64,000 nucleotides of DNA, from the IMG/VR virus record IMGVR_UViG_3300028886_000045; one strand, 5' to 3'. Below, one piece after another: positions 52,609 through 62,346 of the stretch (positions are counted from its first letter, which is position 1; each line of letters opens with the position of its first letter). The notes beneath the pieces were generated by a model. It was not told where the DNA came from, ran no database searches, and worked only from the letters and a program-made list of their open reading frames with translations. Source of the DNA: a virus (taxonomy: Duplodnaviria > Caudoviricetes). Position numbers and translations under genes: made by a program.

Positions 52609-54264
52609 TTTCTTCTTCTTCTGCATCTTCAAACCAATCCAACAAAGTACCCGCGTCTTCGTTTCCGTCTTCGCGGTGCATTTGCTTGATAGTTTCAACA
52701 TCTACTTCGTCAAATTCAATCGAGGGCATATATTTGAATGAAGGTATGTATATCTTACCACAATCATATTCACCCACCGACATCCCATCTGTTGCACTTG
52801 CTATTGCTTCTAATAGCCTTTCACAAAGCAAACGGATATTTTTCTGTTTGTCTGACTGCTTTTCCATATCTACATTAAATAACTAAGGCGTTCTATCGTT
52901 TCCGAATCCACCCAATCATTAAATTTCCTACAACTTGTTTGGTGTAACCCCGTAGCCAAACGACCACAACAGCAAAACATACCACATTCATTAGAAAGTT
53001 CGTCAAACACATCTTTGCGTGTCTTGACAAACTCACCCAAATGTTCGCGCTTTAGGACTTCCAACTTTTCCGCTTTCTTCATGTCCATTCTGTGTCAATT
53101 TCAAACTCGGCTACACTATCTATGTAGTCATTTTCACTTCTCGTATAGCCCAAAAATTCACCATTTGCGAAATCCGCGTTTGTGAATGTAGGGGTCTTTC
53201 CGAAATTGTGATATTCGGCAAAACCTTCATCTTCGTGTAATATTTCCAATATCACATCACTTGTTTTTCTGTGTCTGTAATAATTGTAGTTATATACGGA
53301 TTTTGAAGGTATATGCTCGAAATCACGACTTACTATCTTATAGTGTGCCATACACTAACGCTGATGTGACGCGCACCACTCGTTTGCTTGTGTTACAGAC
53401 TTGAAACGCTTATCAATCACCTTTCCGTCTGCTTCCACGCGGAAATCACCCTTTCCCATCTTTACAATAGTAAGGTTATCGTACACCTCACCCTTTGGCT
53501 TGAAAACCGTTGGTGTTACAACTGCCTTTGGCTTCTCTATTGTAGGCAATACAACCGCCTTTGTAGCATTCTTTACATTTGTAGCAACTGACTTGCAGAA
53601 ATCCAAAGCCTCAGCGAGTGCCTTGTCTGCCTTACGCATTTTCTTGTTATTCATATTCTTATCTTTTGTTTTGTTTATTAAATATTGCTTCTATCTTATC
53701 GGCAACCTCTTGCGCTTCTTCTTTTGTACGAAAGTAATTACCTTTTTCATATCGTTTCGTATCAGAAATTCTGTATATGTCAAAATCGTAGTTTATGAAT
53801 ACATAATCATATACCCATACGAACCAATACAAACCGCCCTTTACGGCTCTCCATCTTTTTTCCATATACTTTTGTTTTTGTAAAGAAATCGCAAAGCGTG
53901 GCTCAAAGGTGCTTGGTTTTCACCCCAAACCGCTATGTAGGACTTCAAACCTCGTTTCCCCTTGCGATTTCTGTATTTTCTTTAATCGTTGAATACCAAT
54001 GTTGGCTTTAGTTCTTTGTATGTAAGATGTACCTTACGGCTTGAATACTTTCGGATAACCTTACCAACCACCTCGCCATTCAGCAAAATCTTGGTGTCCT
54101 TAATCCTATATCCTAACTTTAGAACATCGTAAACCTCACAAGGCATTACATTCTTGCTTGCATAGTTGGATTCAAAGCCGTTGAATCTGTTTACCTTATC
54201 TATGCCTTCGCATACATATTGCATTAACGCTTGCTTTACCTTGTTATCTACCATATTTATATAT

Positions 54265-54290
54265 GACCTTGTTATTCTCTCGGTCGTGAG
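54265..54290 (-). promoter_or_regulatory. Leader pseudoknot copy 20
   Basis: CUC AC GACC GA GAG AAUAACAA GGUC; 10 nt to ATG 54254. Confidence 0.85.
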
Positions 54291-54397
54291 TTCTAAAATT
54301 TGTCTTTGTTTTTAATTACAATGCAAAGATACTACATTTTTCTGATATTTGCAAATTTTTTGCCAACTTTTTTCGATAAATTACCAACTTTTACCAA

Positions 54398-54421
54398 TTT
54401 TGTAATCCCAACATGGCAATT
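54398..54421. promoter_or_regulatory. 24-bp palindromic upstream site
   Basis: ttttgtaat cccaac atggcaatt, 48 bp from the -33 box. Confidence 0.6.
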
Positions 54422-54426
54422 ACGCA

Positions 54427-54550
54427 TAAAAAAACGATGTAATCTTCACAGACTACACCGCTTTCCTTTAATTATATACCACGCTTTTCTCCGCTGAGAA
54501 AAGTAAATTAAAGAACCTATGATTAATTACTATTATATAACTACCTTTTC
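54427..54550 (-). ncRNA. Candidate small RNA (promoter to terminator, no ORF)
   Basis: Consensus promoter at about 54556-54608, GUGA-loop terminator at 54427-54461, internal hairpin cttttctc/gagaaaag. Confidence 0.6.
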
Positions 54551-54611
54551 TTGGTTGCAAAGGTACTGCTTTTTTCTGACACATACAAACTTTCTGCCAA
54601 CTTTTTTTTGA

Positions 54612-54787
54612 TAAAAAAAATTAGGCACTATCCTCTCGGATAATACCTAATCAATTCGACTCCAAATTACGTCTGAAAAAAGAAATATCTTATATTAACT
54701 AAAAACAGTATCTTTCAAAAAGTAAGGGGTATTTATCACAAATACCCCAAACCGCCTAAAATCCTAAATCATGAGTAAAATTCAAAT
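54612..54787 (-). ncRNA. Candidate small RNA(s) (promoter plus two terminator-like hairpins, no ORF)
   Basis: Promoter at about 54793-54845; hairpins at about 54726-54748 and 54620-54651, each followed by U-rich sequence. Confidence 0.6.
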
Positions 54788-55319
54788 CCCATTGCAAAGA
54801 TACAAACATTTTTTGTATTATGCAAATTTTCTGACAACTTTTTTTCAAAGCGTTTCCAACCGCTTGCAAAAAAAACGATAATCTCTACACGCCCCTTCCG
54901 CGCATACCCTCCCTACCTTTTTTCCGCAACGTGTCAAACAGAATGCATCCTTTGCCCTAAATATCATTTCCTCTATACAATCGCTGAATGTAGGTATGCG
55001 GTTGTTCCTTTCGGTAAACTTTGTGACATACGAGATTTCCCTTTCGGCTTGCTCATCCGTCAAGGCATCACACGCTTTCAGTCGGTTGGCTTCCATTTCT
55101 TCACCACGGAACTTATAGCCATCCTCGTACCCCTTGCGATAAATCTTTTCCTCGCTGTCCTTTCTTTTCAATTCTTCCATATTCTTTCAGATTAAAAATA
55201 TGCGCAACCGCAAAGTGTCACGCATACTAAAATAACATAAAATGACAAAATAGAATAACTTTGGTACAAAGGTACGTTTTTTTTCTGATTTATGCAAATT
55301 TTCTACCAACTTTTTGACA

Positions 55320-55426
55320 CAAAAAAAAAGATGTACATTCTCACGAATATACATCCCTATCGCCTAAATTAATTTTTTAGTGTCATCAAAAAAATTCTAA
55401 AACCTAAATATAAAATTATCTCTATG
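55320..55426 (-). ncRNA. Candidate small RNA (promoter to terminator, no ORF)
   Basis: Promoter at about 55432-55480; terminator gatgtacattc tcac gaatatacatc with A9 on the + strand. Confidence 0.6.
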
Positions 55427-55507
55427 TCACTTGCAAAGGTACGCTTTTTTATCCTACTATGCAAATTTTTTACCAACTTTCTTTTGTCTGCTACCAACTT
55501 TTACGGA

Positions 55508-55531
55508 TTTTGCTATCTACACATTACAAAA
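55508..55531. promoter_or_regulatory. 24-bp palindromic upstream site
   Basis: ttttgctat ctacac attacaaaa, 48 bp from the -33 box. Confidence 0.7.
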
Positions 55532-56558
55532 AAAGGTATCTACGCTCACGCGCAAATACCTCCCATTCAATAATTAATGTAACTGTGTAAATCAAAAAAT
55601 CAAAACAAAAGTATTATTCGGTATCATATATCCGCTCCCCTAACTTGGTTATTGCCATTTTAGCCACGGAATTATATTTGTCAAACAAACTTAGCGAATC
55701 CACACTACCATTTACAACCCATTCGCCTACGGAGATTAACAACGCCACGCACGCCACAATCACCTTAACCTCTAAATATACCATATATGCGATACAATAG
55801 TAAAGCACAAACAATATTCTTCTTATTATGCCGTTTATTCTTTTCATTCTTCTTATCCTTTCTGTACATCGCAACTATCCCTATCCTTGTAATAGCCACA
55901 CGCCTTATCTGTCACCTTTATAGTCTTAAATCCGCTATTGCTTCTTTTGCTTGGTAGCAACTCGCAACATTGCACGACCTTTGGACTGAACTCATTCAAT
56001 GCGAACCTTGCACGATACAAGCAAGTGCGACAATATTTCTGCTCCCCATTCTTCTGCTGTGGAACATCATCGAACAAAGACAACTCCTTACACATACACT
56101 ACACCCCCTTTTCTTCTTTTAAGGCTTTTGCGACTTCACCACCACGGAAACGCGATTTGTTCTCGCTTATCCATTCGCAGAACTTTTCACTCATATCTGA
56201 CGCGCCCTTTTCGTAAGCCTCCTTTATCATACTATAAATAGTGTCGGAACGATATGGTAACGCCTTCATCATATCGTCTGCATACTTTGTTGCCATTTCA
56301 CTTATTCGTGCCATACTTCTTTGCCCTTTTTATCCCTTTTCGCTTACGTTCTTTTCCATAACCGCTAAAATTCAACCGTAACTTTCACTTTCTTTATTTC
56401 TACCTTTTCCCCCTCGCTTACCATTCTGGCTATACGCATAGCCAAACTTCTAAACTTAAAGAACTTTGCGTATTCCAAATCTTCTGAGAATGCAAAATGT
56501 GGTGTATAAAACATTCCATCAGAACGCTCTATAATCCACCGCGTCAATTCCTTTTTTG

Positions 56559-57017
56559 TCATTTTCCTAACTCTGATAAAGTTTTTGTTACATTGCTTTC
56601 CGTTGAAATCGCGAGACCCTTATCAATCAATCGCATAAAGTCAAAATGCTTTCGCAAAAGCCAATCCAATCCACCCATTATATGCGATATGTCACCGATT
56701 GCATCCCACGGCTCATTATCTTCAAGCACATCAATTCGCCACCCTAACGCTTCAAACTCTCTTCTTTCCGCAAGGGTCATAGAAGACATAGGTCTTAAAA
56801 ATGGTCTGATATGTTCAACACCTACTTGATGGCAAAAGCCGAAAGAAAAAGAATTTGCCCTACCACTTCCGCATTCACCATTTATAAAGAAACGAGTAAG
56901 TTTTGCAGTAGTACCACGACCGACCATGACAGTAAGGTCATACGTTGAAGCCATTGTAAGGAAACGCAAAAGCAAATTCTTTTCTTCTTCTGTTATGTTC
57001 AATCTCTTTATTTTCAT
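56559..57017 (-). CDS. Paralog family B hypothetical protein
   Basis: RPFLRPMSSMT...KHFDFMRLIDKGLA. Confidence 0.75.
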   Translation of the reverse strand: MKIKRLNITEEEKNLLLRFLTMASTYDLTVMVGRGTTAKLTRFFINGECGSGRANSFSFGFCHQVGVEHIRPFLRPMSSMTLAERREFEALGWRIDVLEDNEPWDAIGDISHIMGGLDWLLRKHFDFMRLIDKGLAISTESNVTKTLSELGK

Positions 57018-57448
57018 TCTACCTTGAAATTATCTGCCACTTCATCCTCACCGCACAACCTCAAAGCGTGTTGCAGTTCGTGAACGTAGGTTATTTCTAC
57101 ACCGCCCAACACCAAGAAAGGCGCACAGAATCCAAATATCTTTAGTTTATGGTTACATTCCCTAAACCAATCATACGTTGTCCCATCGAACAAATATCCG
57201 TTTGCGACCAATATTTCAAATGTAAGCCTTATCGGAATACAAGTATTAAAAGGTCTTGACGCAATCCCCTTTGTTCGTGGTAACGTAACCTCCACCGTAA
57301 TATCGTTAGGATTCTCGTAAGGGTCAAACACGCTTATTGATGTTACCCTCGCTGGGTACAAATCCTTTTCTTTTGGGTTGTCATTTGGGAATGAATACAC
57401 ATTTACCCAATCCCCCAACATTAACGACTTTATTTCTTGCATTTCCAT
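57014..57448 (-). CDS. Paralog family A hypothetical protein
   Basis: LMLGDWV...YVHELQHALRLCG..EVADNFK. Confidence 0.75.
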   Translation of the reverse strand: MEMQEIKSLMLGDWVNVYSFPNDNPKEKDLYPARVTSISVFDPYENPNDITVEVTLPRTKGIASRPFNTCIPIRLTFEILVANGYLFDGTTYDWFRECNHKLKIFGFCAPFLVLGGVEITYVHELQHALRLCGEDEVADNFKVE

Positions 57449-58967
57449 TTCCGCTATCTGTTATAGTTCGTATGCTTATGCAACCCCATAGACTTTACCT
57501 TGCTTTGAATACGTTTCTGCAAATGGCTTTCACCCTCTATCGTAAGTGACCCACCTAATTGCTTTTCCACGAAACCCATTATCTCCCTATTTGTAAACCC
57601 CCTTGCATTGGGATTACATCTTACAAAGTTCATGGTTTCCACTACAACCTTTTCAAATTCATCTCTTGACATATTGTTTCTGTATTATTTTAGGTATCTG
57701 TTATTCTTTTATTTCGGACATTGAAAAATTTAACGACCACAACTTGCAATTAGGGTCAAAGTAGCCATGCTTATAGCATACTATTTCACCGATTTGTCTA
57801 TGCACCGCGAAAAAGTAATCATTGTCATAGACATAACCGCTAAGAGTGCGTACCGCTAAAAGCCTACGAATGTTTTCCTTCTTGTTTTCCAAGAAAGTTT
57901 TCAAGTCGTGTGGGTACTTGTATTTCTTACTTTCTGAAACTTTCATACATTCTTTTTCTTTGTCTTTCAAACATTTCTTTATGATACTTTTCTGCCATTT
58001 CCGCGCGATGTTCAACCGACCAACTGAGCGCATAATCAAATCCCGCCAAATACGCGCGTTCTATCTGCTCCATGACTGCATCATCGTCTTTCAGTTTGAA
58101 CACGCGCTTTCCGTATATACGCCCACGCTTCTTTATTTCCTTTCGATTATACGTTTTCATTTTCATTCTTTAGGGAAATTCTAATATCCAAATTCTTATA
58201 CAAAAGTTCTTCGTTTATAAGGTTGTAAGCGACCTTTTGCCTTATTTCACTTTGCATAATCTTTTGCAGACTACTTGAATATGTGCCGTGAATGATTTCA
58301 CCCACTTGTCTCTTGACCTCCTCGGCAATCATATCCCTTATCATTTCCTTGGAAACTCCCACATCATTAATGATAAAGTTCTTAACCGCCTTAAAGTTGG
58401 TCTTTCCGTCAATCAGCAACACAACCTCAATCGGTTCTTCATTATCCCACTTTGGGGTAATGTTAGGTGACAAATGGAACTGCTCGACATTATCAAGCCT
58501 TATCATGCACCTATTGGCATCATCATAAGTCCAAATGCCGTTTTCCTTATCCTTGTATGGTTTGTTTAGTGACAACCAAACCGAACCATCCTTATCTTCG
58601 CAAAGCCATGCTTTCATAATTTAACCTCCTTTAATTAATTTATCTTTCTACTATTGCCCTTCTCTTGACTTCATTGTTTGGGTTCTTTAAGTATGTTTAT
58701 GAATTTTCTGAGACGAGGGCAGATATTACCCTTGCAACGATATTTCCGCTTTTGGCAATCCAAAGCAAAGCACTCATATACTTCTTTTGTGCCATCATGC
58801 TTTTTCAGCACAGAATTATTCGGACACGACCACCGATAAGCCTCAATAGCCCTTTCTATATCCTCTTTTGTCATAGCACATACTTTTGTTTTTATTGTTA
58901 CATTCTTAATTACGTTGCAAAAGTACAAAAATTATTTGAATTATGCAAATTTTTTACCAACTTTTTT

Positions 58968-59228
58968 CTATTTGTCGGTAATTTTTAACAAAGGAGGGTC
59001 ATTTGGTCTTTTGTTCCAATTATAGATAGCAATACCCTCCAACCATTCAAGCGTATAACCATGCTTGTTTATTATGGCATCCGTCCTTTGCACCCTACAC
59101 CTCGGACACTTCACGACTATCTTCTGCGACTTGGTGTATTCGTTCCCTATCCTATGCCATTGGGGAGTCGCACCACAGAAAGGACACGGCTTTAACCTTT
59201 CGTCTGTTGAATCATAATTTTGTACCAT
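58968..59228 (-). CDS. Lar-family (restriction alleviation-like) Zn-finger protein
   Basis: LKPCPFCG...VKCPRC...AIYNWNKR. Confidence 0.75.
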   Translation of the reverse strand: MVQNYDSTDERLKPCPFCGATPQWHRIGNEYTKSQKIVVKCPRCRVQRTDAIINKHGYTLEWLEGIAIYNWNKRPNDPPLLKITDK

Positions 59229-59269
59229 ATCTTTTAATCTTGTAAATCGCGTAATGTGTAACTAATGCG

Positions 59270-60612
59270 CCACAGTATATTAAAATTTGAACAAACTTAT
59301 CTGTTCGTTATTAACTTCTTGCTTCAACCTACCACTACTTTTTAGGTGGTAAAACCACGTTCATCCATAGTCGGATAGTCCGCAAGCGTAAATTTGGGTG
59401 TACTGCACCCTATTATTCTTAAACCCTCGTCAAGTATATTCAATGCTGCATTGTAGTCCCTTTCAACCACTTCACCACATTGGGAACAAACCCATCGTCT
59501 GTCATTTAATGTGAGGCTTTTGTTGATGTAGCCACAATTATGACACGTTTTACTTGATGGGTAAAACCTATCAACAAACACTATCTTTCGGTTATACCAC
59601 CGTGCCTTGTATTCAAGCATCCTACGAAACTCGCCAAAATTCATTTCACAGATACTTTCAGCAAGGTTGTGGTTTTTAACCATTCCTTTCACGTTCAAGT
59701 CTTCCATACATATGACTTGGTTTTCGTCAATGAGTGAATTACTTACTGCGTGGAGATAGTATTGCTTCCTATCGTTTATCTTCTTATATGTTTTTGCAAG
59801 CCTTATCCTTGCCTTGTTTCTGTTGTTACTTCCTTTTCGTTTCCTTGCCAACTGACATTGTAGCCTCTTAATCTTCTTTGTCTCAGGCTTCTTAAAATGA
59901 AGATTTTTGAATACTTCTCCGTCACTTGTTATCACAAAGTCCTTAATACCTAAATCTATGCCAACGGCAGACTTTGTTTCTTTTACCTTATGCGTCAAAT
60001 CACCGTCAACCAATATTGACAAATAATATTCGCCACATGGTAGTCTTGTTAATGTTGCTTGCTTTATATTGTCGTGATGTTTCTGCAAATACTGAGCATA
60101 TTTCTCATTACATCTGAACTTGACATTTCTTATATTAGCAAGTGAAAGATGATATGTTGTATAGTCGTTACGTTTGGATATTGCACCAAGTTCAAATCTG
60201 CAACTTTGCTTGTTGTCGTGCTTTGACTTGAATTTAGGAAATCCATTATGCTTTTCAAAGAAATTATTGTATGCTGACAACATATCTTTCACGGCTTGTT
60301 TGAGAACCTTTGTATTCTGTTCTCTAAGCCAAATGAAATTATCATCCTTCAATAGTTCGTGATGTACAAACAGCCCAAGCGTAGAAAGGTTTTCCGATTT
60401 ACCGTCATTCTTGTATGATTCAATCTTTCTGTTAAGGCATTGGTTATAGACAACACGGTAGCAACCAAGCAACTTGCTTATCATTGTTGCTTGCTCCTTG
60501 TTTGGATATAATCGTATCTTTACCGCCCTTAACATTGCTTTTGACTTTTATTTCCCTTATTTTACTAAAATGTTCAATTTTGTTCAAATATTTATTTTGC
60601 TATTAAGTACAC
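59270..60612 (-). mobile_element. Non-autonomous IS607-like element carrying only tnpB
   Basis: GG at both junctions, TTTGAACAAA motif inverted near the two ends, and removal restores an in-frame ORF; no tnpA inside. Confidence 0.75.
59342..60535 (-). CDS. tnpB: RNA-guided endonuclease TnpB
   Basis: N-term KIRLYPNKEQ HTH, RuvC GIDLG / MEDL / RDYNAA, Zn finger CHNC...CSQC. Confidence 0.95.
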   Translation of the reverse strand: MLRAVKIRLYPNKEQATMISKLLGCYRVVYNQCLNRKIESYKNDGKSENLSTLGLFVHHELLKDDNFIWLREQNTKVLKQAVKDMLSAYNNFFEKHNGFPKFKSKHDNKQSCRFELGAISKRNDYTTYHLSLANIRNVKFRCNEKYAQYLQKHHDNIKQATLTRLPCGEYYLSILVDGDLTHKVKETKSAVGIDLGIKDFVITSDGEVFKNLHFKKPETKKIKRLQCQLARKRKGSNNRNKARIRLAKTYKKINDRKQYYLHAVSNSLIDENQVICMEDLNVKGMVKNHNLAESICEMNFGEFRRMLEYKARWYNRKIVFVDRFYPSSKTCHNCGYINKSLTLNDRRWVCSQCGEVVERDYNAALNILDEGLRIIGCSTPKFTLADYPTMDERGFTT

Positions 60613-60771
60613 CCTTATTTGCCGATTCACTTTGTCTATTACCCACATATAATCATTATCAAACAGAAAGAATCTCCGTAAATAATACTTATCCTCTTTC
60701 AGTAATTTTAGAATGTTCTCTTTTTTATTCTTTAGGAATAATTCTTTATTCGGTTCAAATCTGTATTCCAT
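60613..60771 (-). pseudogene. 5' part of a 64-aa gene interrupted by the TnpB element (3' part at 59234-59269)
   Basis: MEYRFEPNKE...VNRQIR joins in frame to RISYTLRDLQD*. Confidence 0.65.
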
Positions 60772-60805
60772 ATAAACCTCCCTACAAAACTTTGCAACAC
60801 AAAAA

Positions 60806-61246
60806 TCAAATCTTTGCTTTTTTTGGGGGTAATGGTGGTAACATTCTCCAATGTGTCACTTCGTATTTTTCCTCAACGGAAAAGCCTGCTATATTCCACT
60901 CTCCCCTTGCAAAATCATAAAACGCCCTTTGTTGGTTGCAACCATTTGTAACCAACACATGAACGCTGAAATCTTTACATTTGGGGTCTTCATCCCTCGG
61001 TGGCAATCCGTCCGAAATCTCATGCCACCCATTTTCATCCATTATGGCAATACTTTCCTTTAATGCACGGATATACGCATCTTTGTACCCTTTTTCGTAT
61101 TCAAGTTCACATACGCGCTTTATTATTTCCTTACATTCTTGCACGTTTTTCTTGATTACGTCTTCCACCTGTTTCTTAAACTCCGTTGGTATCATATCTA
61201 TTTCTGTTTTATCCGATACTTGTATGTGGTGTTTTCCCAATCCCAA
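60806..61246 (-). CDS. DUF551-like protein
   Basis: WHEISDGLP...VLV...VTHWRMLPPLP. Confidence 0.75.
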   Translation of the reverse strand: MGLGKHHIQVSDKTEIDMIPTEFKKQVEDVIKKNVQECKEIIKRVCELEYEKGYKDAYIRALKESIAIMDENGWHEISDGLPPRDEDPKCKDFSVHVLVTNGCNQQRAFYDFARGEWNIAGFSVEEKYEVTHWRMLPPLPPKKAKI

Positions 61247-61887
61247 TTTGGCTCATCCACACCCACATACCTCATCGTACTAAAATTTACAAGTTCTTCT
61301 ATTTCCGCGCCATTGACATACGCTTGCATTACCTCAATGACTTTCCGCGTTTCGTTCTTTGTCATTTCTTGCTTTCCTCATACCATTACAAACGCCAAGG
61401 ATTACAGCCAAAGCGAACATAAGAGCACCGCCCCAACCAAAGACAAATAACAATATCCCCAAAACCAAGGCGAAACACACACTTAACTTTAACATAGCAC
61501 ACTAATTTATTTTTACGATTTCCCTTCGTGTCTTTTCGCGTTCAAACTTCCAACAAACCATTTCGTAAAGCGCATCAAAAAGGCATTCCGTTGAAGACGT
61601 TACTTTCTTTTTTCCATCCCAACAATTCATATAAGATACCTCATGATAGTCACAATGACTTTCCACGGAAACATAGTCCTCATCGCGTTTGTCTGTTGTC
61701 GGTAGCAACGCCATTAATGCAGATTCACTCCAACAAGGGATTGCGCCTTTTTCCAAAACCTTTCCATCCCACACCCAAGGAATGTTATTGTCAAAGACGG
61801 TGTATCGCATATCTGCCGTACTGACATCTACCCCTAATCTGATAAGGTTTTCACTTTGTTGTTCTGTTGTGTATCTTCTTTTCATAA

Positions 61888-62346
61888 CTATTCCGTTTTG
61901 AAATTATCTGCCAATTCATCCCATCCGTTCAAACGCAAAGCGTGTTTCAGTTCGTAAACACTTTCTATATCGCAGTTGTGCATATAGTTGCAACCGTCCC
62001 TATGCTTACACCTTTTTTCAATATCTGTTACTATCCTTGACCCTTTGCCTACAAAGAAAGTCAAACGTACACACCCATCACGCCTTCCGTCTTTGTCACA
62101 GAAATAGCACTCATACTGTTCGCATATTTCCGTAGTCACCGAAACCTTGAAACCATTTAACAAAAGGATTTTTGGGGAAATCGGTATTGTCTTTTCCGCG
62201 CAACTTTGCTCCTTTGCGCCACGGATATACATTTGTACTGCAATATCCATTACATAAGGGGGTATATGGTCATTCGGAATGCCCACCGCGCTACATTCAT
62301 TCACCACACTTGTATATTCTGCTATCGCCTTTTTCTCAATGTTCAT
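61888..62346 (-). CDS. Paralog family A hypothetical protein
   Basis: IPISPKILLLNGF...VYELKHALRLNGWDELADNFK. Confidence 0.75.
   Translation of the reverse strand: MNIEKKAIAEYTSVVNECSAVGIPNDHIPPYVMDIAVQMYIRGAKEQSCAEKTIPISPKILLLNGFKVSVTTEICEQYECYFCDKDGRRDGCVRLTFFVGKGSRIVTDIEKRCKHRDGCNYMHNCDIESVYELKHALRLNGWDELADNFKTE

Noticed and set aside
2868-54290. Leader repeats as a CRISPR array or integron attC sites
   Set aside because: They are dispersed, not regularly spaced; no cas or integrase gene in the window; crossing stems and fixed ATG spacing fit an RNA element better
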